A DNA stretch of 54,880 nt from Chara braunii. Its lineage: Eukaryota > Plantae > Charophyceae. Below, piece after piece: positions 50,258-54,880 of the stretch. Within the stretch, counting starts at the first letter, position 1, and every line of letters starts with the position of its first letter. Location of the stretch: NCBI GenBank assembly GCA_003427395.1, contig BFEA01000041.1, positions 4,087,028 through 4,141,907 on the forward strand. Direction: 5' to 3'. The position numbers and the translations under genes were made by a program. The notes beneath the pieces were generated by a model. The model was not told where the DNA came from and did not search any database. It saw only the letters and a program-made list of their open reading frames with translations.

Positions 50258-52109
50258 CATAATGTGGATGACTCTGGTGGACACGAAGGGAATGATTGCA
50301 TCATGGTGAGTGGAGGGGTCGTGATGGACGTTAGGTCGAGGTAGGGAAGAATCAAGGCGACGATCAAGAGATAGATAAATAGTTAGATAGATATTGTGTT
50401 CAATGAAGGAGTGGTGACTAAGGGAACAATCATTGTAAGACTATCTGGGACGTATCTGAGCAGAATCACGGTAAACATCAACCAGAAAGTGTGCACAAGT
50501 CTCTGCGTTCAATTCGGGGGTTGACTATATACACACTATGTCCAAGACGTATCTGATCGGAATCACCGCAAAAGTCATTGTTATTCCACCAGGTTTTCAA
50601 CAATTTACTATTATTGGAACGGTGGCACCAACTGGGCGGCACTGTCGGCATTGAGCTTATGTTGTGCCACTGATTGGTCGGCTTCGATACCAAACTGTTG
50701 CATACTCGTGAGTTGTCTTACGAAGTGTGGGCAGAACCAAAAATCAACCAATATAGGGAGAGTATAAATGCAGCGAAAGTCTGCATTGTGGACTGACTTA
50801 CATAGAATGGACTCAAATCCAAACAATCGCAAGTGGGATGGGATCTGGGACCATGCACAAACGAAGCCCAGATCCCGTACACGCATCCACAGACGAATGG
50901 GGGAGATCAGAAGAGAGTGGGGGAAGAGGGAGATGGAGTCAGTGCCGAATGTCCAAAAATAGAATCCGGAATGTCATCAATAAGGTAACCTCAAAATGTC
51001 ACCAACATACAATAATGTCGCCGGCACCCAAGTCACCTCTGGGTGACAACCCGAAATCCTAACTCTGGTCTAAACGGCAATGCCACCAATATCAATTCCA
51101 AATATCCCTCACTGCCTCATCTGTTGAATACCATGTCCTCTCTGGTCCTGAAGTCTGACTCCGATCTCATGTCCAACTGTAACTGAACTAGAATCCTGAA
51201 GAAGAAGAAGAAGAAGAAGAAGAAGATGATGATATGGACTGAAAGGGGAAGAAGACGAAATAAAAAGAACATGAGACTGAGCGGAGGATGCAGGAGGGAG
51301 AGAAGGGAGGGAGATGGCGAGGTAGGGAGGAGGAAGTCCCTCACTCCCACCTGTCCTAACCTGTCATCGTCGTCGTCATCGGAGTACTGCTCAGAAGGAG
51401 CAATGGCGCACAGGTAGGCCGCAGGTAAGTCCTCGCCCTCTCAAGCTCTCCTCAGCGCAGCACTACACCTAGCGCTCGCTACAAACAGCGCTGCGCCCGA
51501 AACTGCAACTACGCAACGCTCCTCATTGTTGTCCTTCCAGAATGTCGGACAGACCATCCGGCGGTACTATGTACCGAAAGGTGAGGTGTGGCCTTGAGGC
51601 TGCGAAACAGCGTCATCATCTGAACCGTCGGTGGTCCGACGGTTCAGATCAGATCGGCGGGCGGCAGCCTCAAGCGCTGCCAGACCAACCTGAAATGCGG
51701 TCGACTGGTCCTACCAGCAGCCTAGTGGAAAAAGGTCCGGCTTTTGGCTGGACTGGCCGTCGGTACCCCCCTGAACTGCCGAAGTCGGACTTAGAATGAC
51801 CCGTGTGGAATAGTATGTAACACTGGGTAAATGCTCATTAAAAAAGAAGAAAAAAAACGTTTTTTTTTTCTGCGGTTTCACTGTTTTGACAACATACCCT
51901 CTGATATCAGACTATTAAAACATAACCTCTCTCTCTCTCTTTGTTCTTTAGTTTTATTATTGACACATCCGAGCAAGTGGTCCTGTGCCACTTTGGTAGC
52001 CTAGCTCAATTACAAATTACGTTTTGTTTTAGTCATCATCTTGTTTGCTAAATAGTAAATACTTGTACGGATAACTAATTTCAGTGAGAACGTTTTTTGC
52101 GAAATCAGT

Positions 52110-54555
52110 TAAACGTACATTTTGAGAGCATGTGAAAGTGTCTTACCAACGTGATGAATCTTTTGCACATCGGTAAATTCTGTTGTCTTCGCCGTCGCGG
52201 TTCTCCGTTTTTCATTTAATGCAAAACGAAGAAGATGACATATATCATCATAGCCAATGAACTCTGGGAATGAATGGTTTGCAAAGAGCGTCAAAATGTA
52301 ATGATACACCTACATGAAAGACATACATGGGGATAGAAAAATTTAGTGTTCGTTGTGTGGCTGAATCAAAATTTGAAATCTATACTAAAATAATTAATCA
52401 GATGATTCATTAACACAGTGAAAATACATTGTAGATTGAGATCTCATACCTGTGTGCATGATTCAGCCAAAACCATTTCCATTGGAGGGAACATGAAGCC
52501 ACATGCCCAAAAACAGTGGACTGAGCCACAAGTGTTGCGCTTTTCACCATCCATTTTGCGCGGTGTGCATGTTGTTCTATGTAGCTTTGATCCCCGCTTC
52601 CGTTCTGCCACATCCTTAGACTTGTATTCCTCTATCTCAACTCCCTCATAGAAGTCCATAGGTAACTCTTTGTCGTTGAAACGCTTCATTATGTCTTATG
52701 CATGTTTGCCAACAAAGTCTTCCTCTGTGCACCATAGTGATTTTGAGTATGGTTCCGATTTCCATTTCACGAGGTACCAAATTTTCTGCAGCATTTTCAA
52801 AGAAGATACACAAGAAAAGGAACACAGTGCAAGATTATGAATGAGTGATTATGTGCAATAGTGCAAGTCAACAGGTGAGTAAACAAAAGGAACACTTAAG
52901 ATAATAGGGCTCGACTAAAGGAAAGACCTCCATTATGCTCAGAGAGGTTAATACATGTCATTAAATTGTGCTTTTTTTGGTGTTGTAAACCCGGTAGGAC
53001 AAGGAGTCCCTCCCCCAAATGGAATCGGGCCTGTCCTACCGGGCGCGCAACCGGGCTAGTTCCCTCCCAGTTGCCCGTAGCGCATCCAATCTGAGGGTTT
53101 CACCAGTTTTCTTTTGGGCCAGGACGCCTCCATGCAGGTCGTGGAGGTCTCCGAGCCCAAAAATAAATCAAACCAGGTCCTGTAGTCCCGCCCAAAAGGT
53201 TTGAAAAGGGCGGGCTATCTAGATAGTTGATGTCGAGACAATGACGGCCCAGATAGGCCGCCCTTTTCAAACCTTGTGGGAGGGAAATACCGGTCCTACC
53301 CCGCCCATAGGCCTACCTGTTCCCTCCCCCGCCTCTACCCTCCTGCTGCCCTGAACCTATCGTCTGTTCCCTCCCCTGTCTGTCTGCTGAAGCGCCGCCG
53401 TGCTTGATGAAACCCCTTCACTAACCCCCCAACCATAACCCCCCCCCCCCCCCCCCAAAACTAAACTTCTCTGTTGAAAGTTTTGTTTGCGGCTTCGGGA
53501 AGATCTTGGCCCGACGACTCTTGAGTTCTGCACAGATGTCACGTGGCTCTAGATGTTGCAGCGGGGTTGTTCTCTTATGCATCCTCTGAGGAGGCCATTC
53601 CCAGCCCTGCGGGTCTCCACTGAAGTCTCACACATCGGTGCACCACCCTATATGGGGGGTATTGGCCTTGTTCCTTTGTCCCCACCTCATACATTCGTAC
53701 ATAACATAACGTTTCAAAAAATTGACCCACTTTTGGGCCCAAGTGGAATTTCGGTTGGACCATTGGGGGTCCAACCGGCCCGGTTGGATCCGGGCTGCTC
53801 CAACCAACCAGTTGTCTGCACAGCGCAGGCTTATTTTTACACACCAGAGCAACAAGAAAAACAATCTGGGAAAGGAGGGAAGGAATAAACCCGTTGAAGT
53901 CATCCTGCTCAGAAACACACATTTTTATCTGTTTAAACCCGATGAAATGATGTAGTCCCATACTCATGGGCCAGGAGGGAAGGAATAAAACTTTCACTGT
54001 ATATCCTTCTCTAAAGCAACACATTTTTTTTGTGGGACTACTAAATCATTCGACATATCTTACCTTTCTGAACATGTGAGATTTGATAATGCACTCTGCA
54101 TTTTCCATTTGTATTGAAGACCGCAGTCGAGTGCGTGATGCAATTGGTTCCTCCGTCTGCACAAGAAGCTCATTTGATCTGGAACTCTCTCCAATCGGTT
54201 CCTCTGCCTGTGCAAAAAGCTCATTTGATCTGGAACCGTCTCCAATTGGTTCCTCTGCCTGTGCAAGAAGCTCATTTGATATGTAACTCTCTTCCTGATA
54301 ATTGATGCTCTTTGCCGAGTCCTTCTTCTCGTTCCAATGTGCACGATTTCTTCTTTGCAGTGGTGTCTCCGGGCATCCTTTGACCACTTTGCCTATTGCA
54401 GTATGGTATAACGGAACATCCTTCATTTGACACCTTGCTCGACAGACTTTGAAGTGTCCATCAATCTGGCAATATCGGCCGCACAGATCTTCATTGCAAC
54501 TTGCAGGGTGATTATGTGCCTCTTCAAGAAGGTGAAACCAAAAACGTTCTTGAAC
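52110..54555 (-). pseudogene. Spliced KDZ (Kyakuja-Dileera-Zisupton)/CxC-type transposase remnant with an embedded chromodomain; exons 54555-54064, 52785-52450, 52309-~52145
   Basis: Phase-0 GT-AG introns (54063-52786; 52449-52310) join, in order: CGRYCQIDGHFKVCRARC...GCPETP (CxC6-like), ECIIKSHMFRK|KIWYLVKWKSEPYSKSLWCTEEDF (chromodomain), TCGSVHCFWACG....MEMVLAESCTQ|VY and IGYDDICHL (KDZ core). One in-frame TAA lies near 52697. Confidence 0.75.
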
Positions 54556-54809
54556 CTGTATTTTTTTAAAAATACCATATAATAAACTAACACCCTCAAT
54601 AGTTAATTTTCTGATTGGTGCGTATTCATAAATTTAAAGGTAATTGCTTTTTAACAGCTGGTATGCCACACTGCAGACTTCGTCATTAGATTTTTTTTTC
54701 ATATAGTCTATTTTTTTCTTCTGATATTAGATTTTCCTCCTTCCCTATTTTTTTCTTTTTCTTTGTAATGTTCCTTTACTTTCTCTCTTCGCTCCCTCAT
54801 TCCTCTCCC

Positions 54810-54813
<4 letters not shown>

Positions 54814-54880
<67 letters not shown>
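54814..54880. repeat. (CT)n microsatellite
   Basis: Direct observation. Confidence 0.95.

Noticed and set aside
26803-50367. Long ORFs spanning N gaps (26803-27876, 38903-40133, 49077-50367)
   Set aside because: Their length comes from Ns and dinucleotide repeats.

Overview
Repeat-rich eukaryotic scaffold with many N gaps and microsatellites. The plant-type PORR gene and the repeat content suggest a streptophyte alga, possibly a Chara-like genome (inference only). (1) 1-11.7 kb is a co-oriented, intronless, decaying gene cluster. It holds a disrupted DDD-type transposase (DUF7869/Sola-like), three mutually homologous ORFs of an unrecognised family and two further orphan ORFs. Two arrays of one 29-bp perfect palindrome, GGGTCCGGCGTTT(GTG/CAC)AAACGCCGGACCC, lie upstream of the transposase and upstream of the cargo genes. 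This is the best candidate for an undescribed system: a large cargo-carrying DNA element. (2) 12-21 kb holds a Harbinger-like MITE with a CTG target duplication and tRNA-derived SINE-like pieces. (3) 30.4-30.75 kb holds two Nextera mate-pair junction adapters with duplicated flanks, an assembly artefact. (4) 34.1-36.5 kb (minus) is an intronless PORR-domain organellar RNA-binding protein gene, the only clearly intact host gene. (5) 40.7-44.95 kb is a degenerate L1-like LINE with an inverted 5' endonuclease segment. (6) 52.1-54.6 kb (minus) is a spliced, decayed KDZ/CxC-type transposase with a chromodomain split by an intron. All family assignments come from motif recognition by eye; no searches were run.
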